A stretch of 62,112 nt of DNA, filler included. It is 5 parts of 5 records of this genome, joined end to end, with 100 filler letters (N's around TTAATTAATTAA, not from the genome) between each part and the next. Parts side by side here need not be neighbours in the genome. Positions count along the whole stretch, not along the records: positions 51,396 to 62,112 come from SRR31156797_7981; 4 more parts are not named here. One strand, 5' to 3'. Each line of letters begins with the position of its first letter. Position 1 is the stretch's first letter. This document shows positions 59,731-62,112 of the stretch, one piece after another. Below the pieces are notes generated by a model. The model had not been told where the DNA came from. It saw only the letters and a list, made by a program, of their open reading frames with translations, and ran no database searches. Both the position numbers and the translations under genes were made by a program.

Positions 59731-61353
59731 ATGAAGAGCAAATATAAAAAAAGAGTGGAAGATATCGAACGGCGCGCCAGGGACATGAAAGAGTCCTTGC
59801 TGAATCCCGTTATCGATGAATCAACCGGTGGGTTCATTGGCGAGTCTGCCGTCAGAAATGAACGTCTTGAGGCTGTGACCCAGCACAGTATCTTTGAGTC
59901 TGCCGGCAAAGGCGCGGCCACAATTCAGGCCACCGCATCCAATGCATTGCGGCAATATTGCCTCACCTACGGGGTTGCACCCAGCCCCGACCTGTTGGCC
60001 TCAGCGCACATGGCCATTGAGCAGGGGCTGCAGGTGACGTCCGAGAATGCGACCAGGCCTGAAGGTCTTGTTTTTGAATCTGCGCTTCCCACATCCACCA
60101 CGGAAGGCGTTTTGATGCGTGACCGGATGGTGGCCCTGGTCCTGCCCGTTATGCTGCATTCCGTCACTTCCCGTATGGTGACCCACATCCCTGGAACGTT
60201 CAATCAGTCTGAAATCTTCAAGGTCATGAAGATCGCGGGCAGCACGTTCGGGGACCTGAAGAAGGGCGACATCATTGATTATGATTTCAAAGGTCAGTAC
60301 GCCACCATGGACCAGCGGCATGAGATTGCCGTGGGCGATGGGACCGAGGTCGGCGGGGCCGGCAGCGCGACCAAAGATTATTTCAAATTCGATACCGCCA
60401 CCAACCTGGGCGCCAAGATGCCGATCAAGAAAAAGCGGGTCAGACTTTTGCACGACCGGAGTGTTGTGGCCGTGGACGATGGCGCAGGCAATCTCCATGG
60501 AACCTTCCTTGTGGGGGGCACCACGGTTACCGTTACCGGTTCCGTGGTCTATGGTAACGGTACGGTAAATCCTGTTTTTTCTGTTCCCCCTGCAACCGGC
60601 ATCAAGGTTGATATCGGCATTGATATTGATATCGAAAAAGACCCCTCCCTGATCCCCCTGACAGATTATGAGATGGATAGCAAGGTGATTTATCCCCACG
60701 AGTCTGCCATTTCCTGCGGAATGTCGCTCCAGGCGCTCTGGGCCATGAGGCGTGAGTACAACCTCAACATGGAATCCATGGCCATGACTGATATCCGGAA
60801 TCTGCTTGCGGCGGATAAGGACCGCAAGATCCTGAACGACCTGAGGTATTTTGCCAAGGGGAGTATGTCCTGGGATATCACAGTTCCGGATGGACTGTAC
60901 TTCCAGGAGCACTATGAAACCTTGAGGCGCAAACTCATTGAGATCGATGCGGCTATGATGAACAGAACCGGCAAGGCCGGCCTGTCCGGTATCGTTTTCG
61001 ATAAAGATTCAGCCGCAATCGTGAAAGCCATGAAGGCCCCGCATTTTGTGCCGGCCGCCGGCTACAGGCGCCTGGCGCAGCCCCATTACATCGGAAGGCT
61101 GTTCAATATGTGGGACGCCTATGAAGATCCCCAGGGGCCCTCCTACACCAACCTCTGTTACGGTGTCGGTAATTCTGTCGGGGAAGCGGGGTATGTTGTT
61201 GGCGACTGTATCCCCGCTCTTCCCTTCAAACATCCGGTTTTGGGTGACCTCAAATACTCAAGCACTCTCTGGAGCCTGGGGTATCGTGATCTGAACCCGT
61301 TTGATGGCAGGGATTATTTCATGGAATTGCTTTTCACGGCCTCAGGTAAGTAG
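59731..61353 (+). CDS. Major capsid protein, P1 gp23-like
   Basis: Colinear with recalled P1 gp23: PDLLASAH, LVLPVML, AGSTFG, DIEKDPSLIPL, HYIGRLF, AGYVVGDCIPALPFKHP, GRDYF. Confidence 0.88.
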   Translation: MKSKYKKRVEDIERRARDMKESLLNPVIDESTGGFIGESAVRNERLEAVTQHSIFESAGKGAATIQATASNALRQYCLTYGVAPSPDLLASAHMAIEQGLQVTSENATRPEGLVFESALPTSTTEGVLMRDRMVALVLPVMLHSVTSRMVTHIPGTFNQSEIFKVMKIAGSTFGDLKKGDIIDYDFKGQYATMDQRHEIAVGDGTEVGGAGSATKDYFKFDTATNLGAKMPIKKKRVRLLHDRSVVAVDDGAGNLHGTFLVGGTTVTVTGSVVYGNGTVNPVFSVPPATGIKVDIGIDIDIEKDPSLIPLTDYEMDSKVIYPHESAISCGMSLQALWAMRREYNLNMESMAMTDIRNLLAADKDRKILNDLRYFAKGSMSWDITVPDGLYFQEHYETLRRKLIEIDAAMMNRTGKAGLSGIVFDKDSAAIVKAMKAPHFVPAAGYRRLAQPHYIGRLFNMWDAYEDPQGPSYTNLCYGVGNSVGEAGYVVGDCIPALPFKHPVLGDLKYSSTLWSLGYRDLNPFDGRDYFMELLFTASGK

Positions 61354-61370
61354 TGATCAGTTAGCGCTCC

Positions 61371-61402
61371 CGGGTAGAGAGGGAGGATTCTCTTTCTACC
61401 CG
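61371..61402 (+). terminator. Hairpin after capsid gene (terminator or mRNA stabiliser)
   Basis: CGGGTAGAGAGGGA-GGAT-TCTCTTTCTACCCG, followed by a pyrimidine-rich tract. Confidence 0.55.
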
Positions 61403-61427
61403 CCTTCCTTTCTTCAGGAGATAAAAT

Positions 61428-61817
61428 ATGGATAAAGCCAAAGTCACAATAATAAATCCCTCATCCAGCGAGGTGCAGTATGTGGCCAGGGAATTCACGA
61501 TAAACATTCCCGGGCACAGGTTCAAAGATAACCCTTTCGAAGCGGAGATTCCCGAAAAGTGCCTGGATCATTTCATGGGCGTTCTGAGCACTAGGTTCCC
61601 TTTCATCCAGGCGGCGTTGGTTGAGGAGGAGGAGCCTGACGTGGAGCAGGTGCTCGGGAAAGATGAATTTCTTGCCGCATGCAAGGCAAAGAAAAAAAGA
61701 GGGGCTAACGGGGTTTGGATCGTAACCACTCCCGATGACCGGGAAATCGAAGTCGAGGCCGGTTCGAGAAAACAGGCGGTACAGGTGGCCTATGATAAGC
61801 TGTACGGAGATGAATAG
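61428..61817 (+). CDS. Hypothetical phage protein between capsid and sheath
   Basis: AGGAG RBS, 129 aa. Confidence 0.7.
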   Translation: MDKAKVTIINPSSSEVQYVAREFTINIPGHRFKDNPFEAEIPEKCLDHFMGVLSTRFPFIQAALVEEEEPDVEQVLGKDEFLAACKAKKKRGANGVWIVTTPDDREIEVEAGSRKQAVQVAYDKLYGDE

Positions 61818-61819
61818 TA

Positions 61820-62112
61820 ATGAAATCAATCATCACAAATGCCGCCGAGATCACGGTCCTGACACCCATCGACAACACATACAAGACCGGTGGTGGGCCG
61901 GTGTCTGTTGGGGTCACCGTTGTTCGGGCGTCAAAGGGGCAGCCGGGCAAGGTCCTGAAAGTCTATGATTCAAACTGGAAAGATATCCTTGGAAAACCCC
62001 TTTCAAAGAAGGCCGGGATCCACATGGAAGGTCTCCGGCACCTGGCGGATGCTGTAAGGGACTGCAACTATGTCAATGTTGTTCGGGTCGTGGCATCAGA
62101 CGCCAAATTCCC
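61820..62112 (+). CDS. Contractile tail sheath, P1 gp22-like (runs off window end)
   Basis: Manual translation MKSIITNAAEITV...KGQPGKVLKVYDSNWKDILGKPL...EGLRHLADAV...VVRVVASDAKFP matches the recalled P1 gp22 N-terminus. Confidence 0.83.
   Translation, partial: MKSIITNAAEITVLTPIDNTYKTGGGPVSVGVTVVRASKGQPGKVLKVYDSNWKDILGKPLSKKAGIHMEGLRHLADAVRDCNYVNVVRVVASDAKF

Larger units (their letters stand above)
51784..62112 (+). mobile_element. Phage P1-like (Punavirus-related) prophage or phage-plasmid morphogenesis region
   Basis: P1 gp23-like capsid and gp22-like sheath recognised by sequence; preceding five-gene block matches P1 25-7-24-6-5 in order and approximate size. Confidence 0.8.

Overview
The window is five unrelated contigs joined by 100-nt N spacers carrying a TTAATTAATTAA linker (21835-21934, 28902-29001, 44417-44516, 51296-51395), so adjacency across spacers means nothing. 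(1) 1-21834: Desulfobacterota-like housekeeping DNA (asnS, serC, cooC, HU, a Liv-type ABC/acyl-CoA ligase cluster, dGTPase, rpsB-tsf-frr without pyrH). (2) 21935-28901: high-GC alphaproteobacterial-like DNA (degP, rarA, fluoride riboswitch-crcB, rluA family, aminotransferase, HpcH aldolase, LacI with two operators). (3) 29002-44416: a surface polysaccharide cluster with two sulfotransferases and a pyruvyltransferase. (4) 44517-51295: high-GC genes followed by a lower-GC, translationally coupled operon TIR-TGT fusion / OGG-like glycosylase / QueC / ThsB-like TIR starting MGGGGGGG. This is the type IV CBASS ancillary trio (Cap9/Cap10/Cap11-like) linked to TIR domains rather than a visible CD-NTase, and is the best candidate for an undescribed defence system, although the contig ends inside the last gene. 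(5) 51396-62112: a RelE/antitoxin pair missed by the ORF track, plus a phage P1-like morphogenesis module (gp25-7-24-6-5 ... gp23-gp22) interrupted by a cargo island. Assignments come from motif recognition and recall; no searches were run.
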